DNA of 64,000 bases, from the NCBI GenBank assembly GCA_000182565.2, contig KQ257453.1. One strand, 5' to 3'. The position numbers were made by a program, and so were the translations under genes. Shown here in pieces: positions 38,512-54,900 of the stretch. The DNA is from Spizellomyces punctatus DAOM BR117. Its lineage: Eukaryota. Under the pieces are notes generated by a model. The model worked only from the letters and a program-made list of their open reading frames with translations. It ran no database searches and had not been told where the DNA came from. The stretch's first letter is position 1. The number at the start of each line of letters is the position of its first letter.

Positions 38512-40664
38512 CTATATCCCGATACGCGCCCGCATCTTCCGATTCCGCTCCATTAGAAAAACCTTGATAGCCTCACCCTCACTGGCCAATGCTTCACGAC
38601 GCGCCAAACAATTATCCCATCGTTCAAACAAGGCATCTGGCTCTTTCATTTCGGGAAACATCTCACCCAATTCGTCGTACTGCAGAGCTGCATCCGATAG
38701 CATGATTTCATCCAATCTGGATTGAAATTCTTCATCCCGCGCACATAAGGTGTTCAGTTCATGTTCTACTTCATCCGCTTTTTGCTGAAGCTTTTGAGTG
38801 TATGCTTTTAGTTCTGGTATACTCATTTTCTGCCAAGGAGGTGACGAATTCGATGAGGCGGGTATTGGCTTGTGCGCACCAGAAGACGTGTTTGATGATA
38901 ATTTTCGCATTTTGGGAGATGGATCAGGACTACAAGACGATGGAACAAGCTTTCCGAGTTTCTTTTCTTTGTGCCGGCTTTCGGAAGTCGCGGAAGCCTT
39001 GCGCTTGACAGCTGGGCGTTCAGAAAGCTTGACGAGTTCCAAGTTGATGACACGTTCTGGTGTCGATTCCGGCGTACCGGAAGGTGGGGCAGAGTTGACA
39101 GAAGGTCCAGATGACTTGACCCCACCAGTAAGTCTATTGGCTCGTGAATTGCTAGCGACGTTTGGAGAAACTTTGCGCTTGGTTGTCTGAGCCTCCATTG
39201 ACGTGGTACGCTGAATTACAATACCAGGCACGTCCTTAATGGATTGTTTGAGACTCGACGAAGATGGAGCTGCCTTCGTTCTTGCACTTGCTTTCCGTTC
39301 TTTAGACCTACCCTCGGCATCGGATGGCACTTTACGCTTCACTACATGGCCCTCACTAGATGCAGTACGCTCTCGATGAACTTCCGGTGCCAAATTTCGG
39401 GTTTTACAGCCCTCGCTAGATACAGTCCGTTCTCGATGAATTCCCGGCGCCAAGTTTCGGGTTTTAGAGCCTTCACTAGATACAGTCCGTTGAGTTTCCG
39501 GTGCCAGGTTTCGGGTTTTAGACCCTTCACTAGACAGAGTACGCTTTCGATGAAGTTCCGGTGCCAAACTTCGGATTTTAGACCCTTCACTAGATACAGT
39601 CCGTTCTCGATGAATTTCGGGTGCCAAATTTCGGGTTTTAGAGCCCTCACTAGATACAGTCTGTTGAGTTTCCGGTGCCAAGTTTCGGGTTTTAGAGCCT
39701 TCACTAGATACAGTCCGTTGAGTTTCCGGTGCCAGGTTTCGGGTTTTAGACCCTTCACTAGACAGAGTACGCTTTCGATGAAGTTCCGGTGCCAGGTTTC
39801 GGGTTTTAGAGCCCTCACTAGATACAGTACGCTCTCGATGAATTTCCGGTGCCAATTCTCGGGTTTTAGAGCGTGCTTTCGGTCTCGATGCGACGGGAAT
39901 TTCCGTGATCCCACCGGTTGTCTGAGCCGAAGAGAATTCGGTTTTGGACGATACTTTTCGCTCAACACGTTGGTCATCACTAGATGTCACACGTTCCCGC
40001 CGAAAGGTGCTTTCTAAACTCGGTTCCTTCCCTCTGTTCACAGGTGGGACACCCCCCTTGCTTGTATCCTCCTGCTCCGCAAAGTCCGACAAGGAAATTG
40101 GACCTAAAAGTGAAGATTTGAGTTGTGCTGTGTTCTCGTCATGGCTAGAGACATACGCACGGTGTTGCTTGGCTTCTTTCTTGGGTACCATCCGACAACA
40201 TGTCCCGATCGTAGTCACGTGACGCGCTTGAGTGCGCGACGACGACATCACCCGATAGAGGTCCAGTGTCATTTGCTCCCATTCTGCAAGCTCCAATTCA
40301 AAGGGCTTCTTGCGGGGCGTATTGATGCGAATAACATTCTGTGGCGATGTAAGTTAGCTTCTGAGAATGATCAGTACAGTCAAGTTCTATTTACCTTGGT
40401 GCCACACCTTATCGTCATCTTGGACCCCGAGTCTATACGGCCTGCGACCGCCGAGTCGACATTCAGAATAATACCTGTTGGTCGTTTTGACGATGCCGTG
40501 GACTCTTTGAGGATAATTTCCTTCATTATTTCTACCGGTGGGTGCGGGCACCAGGGATTCGCATTCTGACCCACAACCCTCCGAGTGATAGTGAGACCCG
40601 GTACCACGTGTTTTGTGATAACGTAAGCACACTCCTGACACCCAGTTACTCGGAGAAGCTCCAT
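38512..40664 (-). CDS. Putative ELL-like Pol II elongation factor with internal tandem repeats (start uncertain)
   Basis: ORF 40380..40664 splices in frame (GTAAAT..CTAAC..CAG) to ORF 38512..40296. The N-terminal beta-rich region and C-terminal helical region (SIPELKAYTQKLQQKADE..F...L..RREALASEGEAIKVFLME) resemble the ELL N-domain and occludin/ELL domain. Confidence 0.45.
39350..39870 (-). repeat. Coding minisatellite, 9 units of 54 or 60 bp
   Basis: Encodes KTRNLAPE-(IHRE/LHRK/TQ)-RTVSSEGS nine times. Confidence 0.95.
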
Positions 40665-41402
40665 CCTACGATGATACCAAAGAACAATAACGTTGGCACC
40701 GGAATGACTTGTTCCCTCCTCTTCCCACAGCGCAAAAGTTCAGGATATCCATCGACCCCCGATATGTTCCCCGCCACCTTCACTGGGCTTGATGGATGTC
40801 ACATAGCAGCTGATACTCAACAGTATACGCTGGCAAAGTGCGGCTTCATGAAGATGCTCTTGTGAGAGTTTGCCAATTATGCATAGATGCATAGATTTGG
40901 TGCGTGTGTGTAAGCTTGGAATATGTTGTTCTAAAAAGCATAAAGTACAGCTATGCTGCGATGGGTTAGGTTTTTGTGGACGGCGGTTGGCAATGCCAAC
41001 GTGGGCGAAGGAAAGATCCAGCATTCGATTGGACTCAACACATGTCCCGTTATCGAAGTAGTCTTTTTGATCATCTTATAAATTCTGCTAGATCCTTACC
41101 AATTCTTGACTTCACATTATAACATTGTTCCGCTTGAGACCGAAATCCTCACCATAATCTGATGCCTGATCTGCATGTCACCTAGTAAGCAGTCGCATCG
41201 AAGCAAAAAATCTAAAAACTTTAATTTCTACAAGGATGCGGATGACATAAAAAATAGGTTGCACACTTCTGTCGTAACAGCATGCCACTCAATAGTGTAT
41301 TGGCAATAACAAATGTCACAACACAATACACCAGGGAATAGACTGGCGACAACCAGCCCGGAAAAGCCAAGTAATTCCCTCCTTACAAGTAACAAACTAC
41401 TA

Positions 41403-41691
41403 CTAGGCCCGATTACACATGCAATACATTACGGTTGTTCTAACCGGGTAACTAGCGCCCACCACCACGAGAGAAATCCTACTAAGCCCTTGATTCCGAA
41501 ATTCTTTAGTCGGAGGATGTTCAGATACTACTAAGGTAGATCAGAATAATTAGACTGGATAATCTGCGTGGGAAAATACAAAGATAATGCATACCTGCGA
41601 TCGTTGCAGTATAGTAGTAGCAGCGTTTGCAAGGCGTTATGTTGTTGTTGTCGGGAGGGCGAGGTCCTCGGCACCAGAGCAGTATTCTCAT
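41403..41691 (-). CDS. Small spliced ORF (~74 aa), MRILLWCRGPRPPD family copy 2
   Basis: caccATG start 90 nt downstream of TATAAAA; intron 41531-41594 (GTATGC..CTAAT..TAG); frame open to TAG at 41403. Confidence 0.55.
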
Positions 41692-41780
41692 GGTGGACTT
41701 GAGAGTGCTGCGTGAGCGTTGGGCAGATGCTTCAAGAGTCGAGGATGGGTAAAGAGGGAAGAGACAGGAAAAGGCCCCCC

Positions 41781-41787
41781 TTTTATA
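41781..41787 (-). promoter_or_regulatory. TATA box (TATAAAA) of repeat copy 2
   Basis: GGTCTATAAAAGGGG on the minus strand. Confidence 0.7.
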
Positions 41788-42529
41788 GACCTTTGACATG
41801 CGCCTCACCGCAGTTTTTAAAAAAAAAAACATTACAATACATGCCACACCGTTATGAGCAATAGAGGGGGTGCTGATTATGCGATATGATTAACCGGATT
41901 AATGATTAATCTCTATTATTAAAGAAGAGCTTCGCATTCATTAGGATCGATCTGTACAAATAAACCAAAATCTCCTACATATGTGGGGAAATGCAGCATT
42001 CCATCGGCTTGTCGAGTGTTGGAATGGATAGCCACAGTGCTTACCTGCTTTTTATTTGATAAACTTCTTTCAAAATGCTTTGTTACTGCTGCATACTTGA
42101 TTTTGCCAACAGGCCTGATATCCAGAATCGTTCGAACACTTCAAACTTCTATCAGATTTATAAAGATACAGATCACGTGCCACTATCGGGCATTTGTCCA
42201 GCGTGTGCTGACGGGCGCGTTGTGAAAAAAGCATTCCGTAATTAACAATCTGGAGCTGCCTGAGTTCGCTACGTGCGTTCAACCCGCAAGACATTATAGT
42301 GTCTGCAGTCGAGTTCAGGATAGTACGCAACTTCCATCTACTTTCGAGTCCCGCACTCCGACTTCAGTCGTCGGTTGTCTCCAACGAATTTGAACGATAC
42401 AGGGAGTTCTTGAGGAGCGGACCCTTCGCAAGCCGCCTCACCTTACCTTTCGCAAGTGACCCACGACAGAGGCGCTTAGAGGTGAGGAGCATTACAAGAG
42501 TCCTAGTAAGGTGGACACGTTGGGAATAG

Positions 42530-45462
<2,933 letters not shown>

Positions 45463-45901
45463 GCATTACATTTGTAGAAGGCTGGATCTGAATGAAAACA
45501 GTAACTAGTCAGTCATAAATTACACGGTCACCCAGATATCCCGATTTGATGTATACAATGCAATGATTCTCAGAGGACAAGGTATTGGGATGCTCTTGCG
45601 CAGGAAGGTTCATCTGCGTCTGGAAGACATTAAAAACAAACCCAGAGGTGAGTGATAGTTGACGGTGCTGATGTAATCGAACCAATGAAGGGCGGCCAGC
45701 GTATTCATTTGCTTAATATGGACTTATTGCAAGTGATGCTGCGCATAAGGACTTTCCATACCGTTCCACTCATCTTTCCAAGATTCCTGGAGTGTATCCG
45801 ACGCAATCGGTTGGTAGCAATCGTTGGAACACGGTCTTTGGTTCCTCATTCACTCTTGTAACCGTATCGTCTTTGCTGATACTGCCTCAATAGCAAGAAA
45901 G

Positions 45902-48733
45902 ATGAAGTTTACTCGCGCATTGCTCCTGGTTGGGGCGGTGTTGGGCCTCGTTCTACTGACCGTGTCTACGGTTAGCGCCAGTACATCTGCCGAGGCAGGT
46001 GCTCCTTCCGAGGCGAACACCTTGACGCCTCCACCCGGCTTCTCTGTTTTAACTCCTGAGGAAGAAGCAAAGTTGAAGAGTAGCGGAGAAAAATTCCAGT
46101 TCGAGACCGAAGTCAACCGGTTGATGAAATTGATTATTAACAGCCTGTATAAAACCAAAGGTACGGATTGATGCGGCCGTAAATTCAGCTAGTAAACAAG
46201 TCTTATAAACATCTTTCCCGCGCAGAAATCTTCCTCCGTGAGCTAATATCTGTATGTTGCTGAAATCTTTGTGTGGAGGGTTGACGCAGCCCACTTACGT
46301 ACCTCTATTTGCTATAGAATGCTTCGGATGCTTTGGATAAGATTCGTTTTCGGAGCCTGACCAGCAAAGAGGCTCTGGGTGACACGACGGATCTAAAGAT
46401 TACCATAGTAGCCGATAAGGAACGAAAGACTTTGACAATTACGGACACTGGGATTGGCATGACAAAGGCCGACCTGAAGACGAACTTGGGAACTATTGCT
46501 AAGGTAAGGATGACACCAGATTGATTTTAAAACTTATATCCGGGTGGATGCTGAAAATAAGTGCTTGGCGTCTAGTCGGGCACCGCCGAGTTCCTCGCAG
46601 CAATTGAGGCACAGAAGAACGATACCAACCTAATTGGCCAGTTTGGAGTCGGTTTCTATTCCGCATTTTGTGAGTGTACCGAGTACACGTCATTCCAAAC
46701 GGAAACATACTTACCTACAATGTTCCGCAGTGGTCGCCGATCGCGTCACGGTAGTAAGCAAAAACAATGCGGACAAACAGTACATCTGGGAGTCAACCTC
46801 AGAGAATGGTAAAAGCAATTGTTATTGTCGAACGAAATCTTATAAGAACAACACTCTGATACCAAATTTTCAGATTTCAGAATCATGGAGGATCCCAGAG
46901 GAAACACTTTGGGGCGTGGAACTCAGATAACGCTGCATTTGAAAGATGATGAGCTGGAGTACCTCAATGACTCCAAGATTCGCGATCTCATCAAACGGTA
47001 CAGCGAATTTATCAACTTCCCGATTTATCTCTGGACAACACGTACAGAAACAGAAGAGGTCCCCATTGAGGCTGAGGAAGACACATCTCCTGATCTGGAC
47101 GAAGAAATCGAAGACGTGACCGAGAAGGAAGAAAAGCCCAAAACAAAGACTGTAACTAAAACTGTTAGTGACTGGGAATTGACCAACGAGCATAAACCGA
47201 TTTGGACACGTCGTCCCAACGAGGTTGAGGAGAAGGAGTACAATGAATTCTATAAGTCATTTACTAAGGATTACCAAGAACCTTTGACCTATATTCACTT
47301 CCGTGGGGAGGGAGAAGTAGAGTTCAAGTCAATTTTGTTTGTCCCAAAAAGCCCGCCGCCGACCTTCCTTCAAGGTTCAGATGACTGGTTTCATAACATC
47401 AAGCTATTTGTCCGACGTGTATTCATCACAGACGAGCTTCCGAACTTCTTGCCGAGGTGGCTCAGCTTCCTAAAGGGTCTCATAGACTCGGACGACCTTC
47501 CTTTAAATGTTTCTCGCGAGACCTTGCAGCAACACGCAGCCCTCAAGGTCATGAAAAAGCGTATCATTGGCAAGGCACTGGACATGTTCAAAGCGCTCGC
47601 TGTCAGCGACGAAGAGAAATACATGGAGTTGTGGAAGAACTTTGGACATGCCATCAAGCTTGGCGTCATCGAAGACCGCGCCCACAAAAAGAAGTTGATG
47701 AAGCTGTTACGATTCCGATCCTCTCACTCGAGCAACTACACTACACTTGACGAGTATGTCTCACGTATGCGGAAAGGACAGCCTCAAATCTATTTCATAA
47801 CTGGCGAGAGCATTGAGGCTTTCTCAACCTCACCATTTGTGGAGAAGCTCATCGCTCGTGGCTATGAAGTGCTGGTGAGCAGGCATCGAATACATCACCT
47901 TGATCAACTCCGTCTAATATCTTATCACGTTAGTACATGAATGATCCGATCGATGAATATCTCACTGGTAACTTGGATGATTATGAGGGCAAGAAGCTAC
48001 AACACGTTGGAAAATCTGGTGTCAAATACGGTGATGAAGGTGATTGACGTTTGTCAAGGTCTTTGTTTAGGTGTTGCAGCACATGCTCAAATTTGCCCGC
48101 TTTTATAGACGAGAAAAGCGCGGAAGATTTGAAGGAGCTGGAAGATAAATTCCAACCCCTAAAGGATTACTTGAAAGAAACGCTAAAGGAGTGGGTTGAC
48201 ACGGTCCGAATTTCAAAACAGCTTACAAAATCCCCATGTGCCGTTCTGTCGAATGAATGGGGAGTGTCTGGAGCGATGGAAAGGATCCTACAAGCACAGG
48301 CACTGGGCCAAAAAGATGATTTCCGCACTGCGATGTATCTAAAACAGAAGAAAATCTTTGAGATCAACCCGGTAAGTCAGCGATGCGTGCAGCGTTGATC
48401 CCTCTTCACTATGCAGATACTGATACGATGGAATAGGATCACCCCATCATCGAAGCACTTCTTAAGAAGGTGAACGATGGCAAGAGTGATGACCTCAACG
48501 ATTCTGTATACGTCTTGTTCGAATCAACGGCCATCGCATCAGGATTTGCCGTTCGGAATCCGACCGACTTCGCCCAGAAGGTGGAGAAGGTTGTGAGGGA
48601 ACGGCTTGGCGTGGATTCTAGGAAAGAAGCCAATGTGAAAGTAGTTCCCGCTCCCCCACGAGAGGACCCTGCCGAGAAGGCAGCAAAACAGGAAGAGGAT
48701 GAGGAAGACGCTCATGAGCATGACGAATTGTAG
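45902..48733 (+). CDS. HSP90B1: Endoplasmin / GRP94 (ER Hsp90)
   Basis: Signal peptide, [68 protein letters not shown]-terminal HDEL. Confidence 0.96.
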
Positions 48734-48973
48734 AATATGTACTTATAAGAATTTATACCAATGGTTTTGACCTTTACATCATCCATCATTACACCGTCAA
48801 ATCTTCATACAACAACCCATCTCCCTACTAGTTTGCCGCCCTATTGGCATCAGAGTACAGAGTGGTTTGCGCAAAAATCCTATCTATGCCAATGATATTT
48901 ACATGCCCGAGAATATGCCCGTAAAAGAAACTTCGCAATATCAAACAAAACTAAAAACTATAAAACTTCAACC

Positions 48974-51900
48974 CTATCCTTTATACCTACAATGTGCGAA
49001 AATGTTAAGTCACCCGAACATGAACGGGCGGAGCGAACAAACTTGGAAACACTCACTTGTCCTCCATTTGCAATCGCTTGCTCGGGTCAATTGTGTTCTG
49101 CAAACCCATTAGCGTTTTTGAAACAGCTTCCGTGGCGCCGATCATCGGCTTGAGGACAGCTACCGGCACAGCTCGTATAACAGCTCGAACAGTTCCCTAT
49201 CATACACATTTCCATTTACTTTTCAGTTTTGAATAATCAATTGAAAGACTCTTGCTACTGTACCTGTGCTCCATTGTTCTCGTATACTTCCATAGGGACA
49301 GCAAATACCGTCCGTGCTGCTGTAGCCACATTTCGACTTAAGCTGCGATAAGCAAGCTCGACGCCTTCCTTAACGTCTCGCGGCTGTTCCGAGTACTTGC
49401 TCACTTGCTCCAAGGACGATGGCCAAGAAGAAGACCCGGAAACGTCATCGCCATGACGACTAGCATCATCCCCAGTAAGAATCTCATCAGCGTGCTCAAG
49501 TAACACTTGTGTTCCGACAGCCAACTTTGTCCCCAGTTTTATCGTTTCCGTAGTTGCGGCCTTTGCAAAGGAGCGTGCACCCTTTTGCAAGCCTCGAATT
49601 ATTCTGCCGTCTTTTTTGTACTGCTCAATGGGAAGGAGGACGAGATCTGCCAATCCAGAACCAATGTTGACCAATGACCTCACACCAGAGACCCCCGAAA
49701 CCACCCGTGGAACTTGAGTGTCGCGGATATGAGGTAGCCACTGGCTTAGAATGCCCTCCATCAATCGAGCCCATCCTTTAACCTGTCAGTGAACCGCTCT
49801 TATTAGTCCTGTGAAAATGAAGACAATTAAACAGTAGTCCACCTACCCCGGTTAGTCGCACGCCCCTCAAGGTCATCTCCGCGCCATCCAACTGGAAGAA
49901 GTTCATGATCTCAATGAAATTTCCTCCTTTTAAATTAGCATAATCGACATGCTTCGGTTTGTAATCGACCTTGACGGACACAGGCTGAATGTCACACAGT
50001 TCTGCAGGAAATGTGAGATGACATTCGCCAACTGCTATGTTAATTGGTACTTACGGAAGAACGTATTGTCAGGTTTCTTTTGCCCCACGGCAGCATCGCT
50101 AGGCGGAGCTTCAAAAGCGAAAAAGCGTAACAGGCAACTGAGTGCATCCTGATCAATATGCATTCTCAAAGGTAGGAGATCAACCTACAAGACCAAGTGT
50201 TAACGCTACGCTTCAAATCATAGCCATTTATAAATAAGAATTCTCGCCTTCAATCTGAACTCTTCGTTCCCTAACGACTCCGGTGTAGGCCTCACGCTAC
50301 TGAGGTCAGCTCGGATCATATTGCTGCTGGTTTCCCTTGGCAAGGCATCCCCATCCGGACGGAGGTATGATAAAAACTTTCGCCATCGCGATGTCCTAAC
50401 GTTGTCAATAATTTCGAAATCGCGAACGGTCAATAACAGACGCCAGGCAGTCTGTGCCTCGTCCGGGAACAAATCATAATCAATATTTAAAGCATAAGCC
50501 TTAAACATTAGCTGACTTGTCTGAGATCGGACAAGATCGTCCGCAGAAGTGGGGCGTTTACGCTGAGCTGTGCTCATGGAGGTAGCAGTAGTGTCCCGCG
50601 AACGTGCACTGAGATTGCTGGTGTTACTATGCACACTTCCCGTCTCTTCACGCTCTTGCTCCCGTGTGCGTTGCTCATCGGAGAGCTGGGGGACTGGCTG
50701 CTGCAGTGTTGGGAGGAAGTAGTTCCCAATCTCGAAGCCAATATTTTCGTCATTTCGGTAGCTCATTTCTGAGGAGACATCAAATTCATAGGAGGAAGGG
50801 GTAGCGGTGGTAACAGGGCTATCTCTACGGCCTGTTCGCCCTGTACCACTTTCTCTGTTTTTCCAATTCGTTGCTTTCCCCTTGGCTGCCTGCATGCTGT
50901 GTTCGAACACCGCTTCACGGGTTTTATTCCAGTCATACCCATCATAGATCTTCCATGAAACATCAAAATCACGGATCCTGATGCGCGTCAGGCACTTGTC
51001 ATTCCTGGCATTCGGCGACTATTCAGTATGCTTGTCCCTTTGATGGCGCAAACTTCTGTACACTTACGAGGTTGGGTTCATCGTCGAGGTGTTTTGCATA
51101 TCCGACTCTGGTAAAGGTCTAGAGAAGAAGTCATCGATAATATGAAACGCGGCAGGATCTTCAAGCAGGTAGACGGCTCCCTCTGTCGCCGCTGTGCCCG
51201 TTGACTGATTTGCTCGGGATGCTTCAGGGCTGGAAAGAGTAGGGGAGCCTGTGATGCCAAAGTCAAACTCATCGAAGCTGGTAGGAGAAAATGATCCATC
51301 TTCGTCATCAAACTGGATCAGGACGCTTTGACTAAGTGCATCGTCAACATCTTCCATTTGAAGGTCAACAGATGATGTCGCGACCTTTTTCCCTTTCTGG
51401 CCCTTGAATGCCTCCTCATCAAGACTTGCTAAAGGGACCATTAGTCAATTAATATAACAGCATGCAAGTGTCAATCGTCCCGTTACCTAGCAAATCATTA
51501 TCATGCCCTTGGTCCGACGAAGGATTCTGCATTCTCTGCTCTGGCGTCCGCGGCACCGGTAAATCCTCGGTCCTAGACTAAAATTAGCTCTATATCCAAG
51601 CTGTAATTTTGGGAGGCTGCTTGCACCTACGTTTCCTTAGGTAGGTCGCCTGCCTCTGTCAAGTACTTGATCAACGCCAGCAATGTCAGATACGTGTCCG
51701 CACAAGTGTCAATCGACAGCTGATTATTGGTTATGTCCACCTGCGTAGAATGCTACATTGGTATGGTGCTCGGTACCACCGTGCATAGTAGCATACGTTA
51801 CCTCAAGGTAGGGAAGAATGCTGCCACTATTGGTTCTCACAGCTATGTCAAGAAAGTCGCACCCCCCCACATTGGCAAATCCTAGGCTCTGTGATACTCA

Positions 51901-54900
51901 AGTATCAGAATCACGGAAGACTACAGATGGGGTAAATGTCAACTAACCGTAAAGTGTTTGCGGGTATTTATGTATCCATCTGCTCCATGTGATTCACCTT
52001 CACTATGACGTCGCTTCAGATCGCCCTCCGCAACGAGGACCGACGAATTATAAACCAATATTTTGAGTCCGATTGTTGGTGATTCTGGTATCAGATTGCA
52101 AGAAATCTGGATAGGGGACGACCATAATGGTAAGATGCATCTGTAGGATAGTGACATTTTACGTTGTCATACAACCTTCGCGCTATCGACGAGTAGCACC
52201 GAGCGAATTGGCATGTAGAGTGGTTGATAATCCACGCAGGCGTCCGTGAGATTCACGTACAGCTTTGTGAAACGGTTAGCCATATCGACAAAGACCAGCT
52301 AGATTCGAGTGACATCGCAATTTAGCATAATTGGTATGGAATGTCATCGAGTGACGAGAGATCCAACCTCTGAAGGTTCCTTAAGGAAGGCTCCAAGATC
52401 CGGTAACACAGGTGAACCCATGACATAACGAACGGTGAATGCGTTCAGAGTAATAGAAGCTGTTGTCTCCTTCATGTTCAGCTCCTCATCGTACGCCATA
52501 AGTGACGATATCGACAGCATTTGTTTGGCCTAGTATGTGGAGACAATTGGCGCTCGCCGTACCTGAAGCGCAAGCGGTCTCTGTCGTGCACTCACCTCAA
52601 AATTCTTCGGAAGCGTTCGGTAGAGGTAAGTCATGGCCGGGTTCAACGGTGAAGCAACATTGTTGAAGGACAAGTCGTCTGCGTCGATCCACAAGTAGGA
52701 CGCGTGCTGTCGGAAAATATGAGCACAAGCCACTACCGCGAAAGTCACTCTCAGCGTACCTTCCCCATGTGTCCATTGATGAGGAAAAAGTGCAAGTCGT
52801 CCAGTGCACACGAATAAGATGTGTTTGCAATGTTTGTAGCTTCTGCACCGTTTTGTACCTCCAGATGAATACTTGCTCTAACTATTCCCACATGTCAGTT
52901 ACATGGCAATGGTTATGCGCGCATGACGACTTCAGCTCTCACATGAGTCGCAAGTTGCCACGGCACTGAACGTCGATGGCTTTCTGACGACCTTGGAGTT
53001 GGAGTGACCCCCCCACGTCTGAGGGACTTCATTTGCACTGTTGCTATTTTGGATGTCAGGGCGTAACTTGCTCTGCGTTGGTTGAGAATCGACGTCAGGC
53101 AGTTGGCCAAACTTGAGGAGGTTGGCAGTTGCAGTTCGGGGCGGGGACGGTGAAGATGGTTGCTCTTCGGTTTTGGCTATTGATTGGAAAAGAGTAATCT
53201 CGTTTATCAACACTTGTAGTAGGTCGTAATCGGCTTTGATAAGGTTGAGATGGCAAATTGGAAAGTAACAATTTAGATGAATAAGCTGCAACAGTTAAAT
53301 ATAAGGATAAGATGCACCAAATCAGGTTGAATCATTTATCCTGATCCTACCGATTCCTCAATCGTCCTGTGTTTGAACCAAAGCAAATCTTCCTGTTTTT
53401 CATCTGTGCCATGTTCCGACGGAATTCTGGGACTCCTTCCAGTTGATCCAATGTCATACCAACTTTGAAAACCAAAACCTCCTGATGCGTCATCATCAAC
53501 TTCTCGATTAAACGTAAGCCCGGTAGGGGTAGCAAAAACGTCGGCGGTTGGACGCTCAAGGAGAGAATCGCAGATATGAGAGCGCACCGTTACTTCGACA
53601 TTTGGTCGCGTTGGCACAGGCGCTGACGTTCCAGCAGATTCTGGCGCGAAAGAGCCGCAGGAGGCAAAGGCTTTGATGGCAACTACGGGAAACGGAAAAG
53701 CACGACCGTGAGATTAATTACTACTATAGTTAGAGGACGGTAAGACTCTCACCTTTCTCTCCGTCAACTCTGCGCGCGAGGGCCACCCCAATGTTCTGGC
53801 AGTCCATGGCCCAACGACGCGTTTCTCGCTGGTCACCACTACAGCAATTGCTAGGCACGCGTTGATGAAGCGATCCCAAGCTAGATCGTCTGGTATTAGA
53901 ACTGCCGGATGGTCCAGTCGATGTAACGATGCTCGGGTCAATGAAGTCCACCAATAACATGTGAGAATGCCGCCCTCTGTTGTTCCATTGAATATAATCC
54001 ATGAGTCAAAAATTGGCTGATATCGGGAAGAGCCTCAGATGTACCTTAGCGGCCGTTCGTGTCCATTTCTGATGCCATCTGCAACTCGTGGTAAGGTGAG
54101 CCAGCATCTGCAGACGGCTGTTTTGATACTAATCCTGTAATCAACATGCGCCGCAGGCTGCCAGATGACAGTCAGTTGTATCGCCATAGGAGACGTACTA
54201 TGTACCGCAAACATACCATGTTTGAAGCGCTTTGGGTCAGGTCGTCCATGATGAACCCAACTGCAGTGCCAGTCCTGAAATGCGACCAGTTGCACATGTT
54301 AACCGGGCCTTATTGGGTTCTCTGACAGAACACGAATTGTACGATAATAGAAGTAGGTACCTTTGAAATGGATCATCTTCGTGTGCACTCGAATTGTCGC
54401 CATAGACATCACATGTACCCGTCTTACCCGAGAAGAGCCGGCTGACACGTTCCATGATCTCGACATCGAAGAACAAATGCAAAGGGGACAACTCCACATT
54501 GACATGACGAAGCATTGCAGACTCGAAGTCAGGCCAGGTATGCGCCGTGTTCGAGCTTGTCGCGGATTCAAACGTGCATCTAATAGCAGGTGTCTTCATC
54601 TGCACATTATTTGATCTCCCAGGAAAATCGTAAACAACCTCAGCCTTGGGCGGTTGACACGTCTTTAGCTGATTGTATAGTCCCGCAACTGGGGTTACTT
54701 TTACACCAGGATCAAAAAAGACAATGCAAGAGTAGGCACCCTTTGAGGGTCGACGCCGACCAGTAGATGCTAGTAAACCGCGACAAACAGCGCATTCAGT
54801 ATGCACTCATCCGGACTTGCTGAAGCTGCTAAACGTTATCATGCTTACCTGGTCTGAGGTCGTGTTCCATCCATTCCAGTATGGAAACGTTCCCCACACT

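Larger units (their letters stand above)
41293..41903. repeat. Dispersed direct repeat, copy 2 (homologous to 36348-37006)
   Basis: Same blocks, order and orientation as copy 1; the central part has diverged. Confidence 0.92.

Noticed and set aside
39350-39870. CRISPR-like array (recurring gttttagagc)
   Set aside because: The units are entirely repetitive with no unique spacers and are in-frame multiples of 3 inside a eukaryotic CDS.
39244-40017. Long alternative-frame and antisense ORFs over the minisatellite
   Set aside because: Expected by-product of a stop-free tandem repeat.
36348-41903. LTR retrotransposon interpretation of the direct repeats
   Set aside because: No TG..CA termini, PBS, gag or pol identified; the interior holds host genes.
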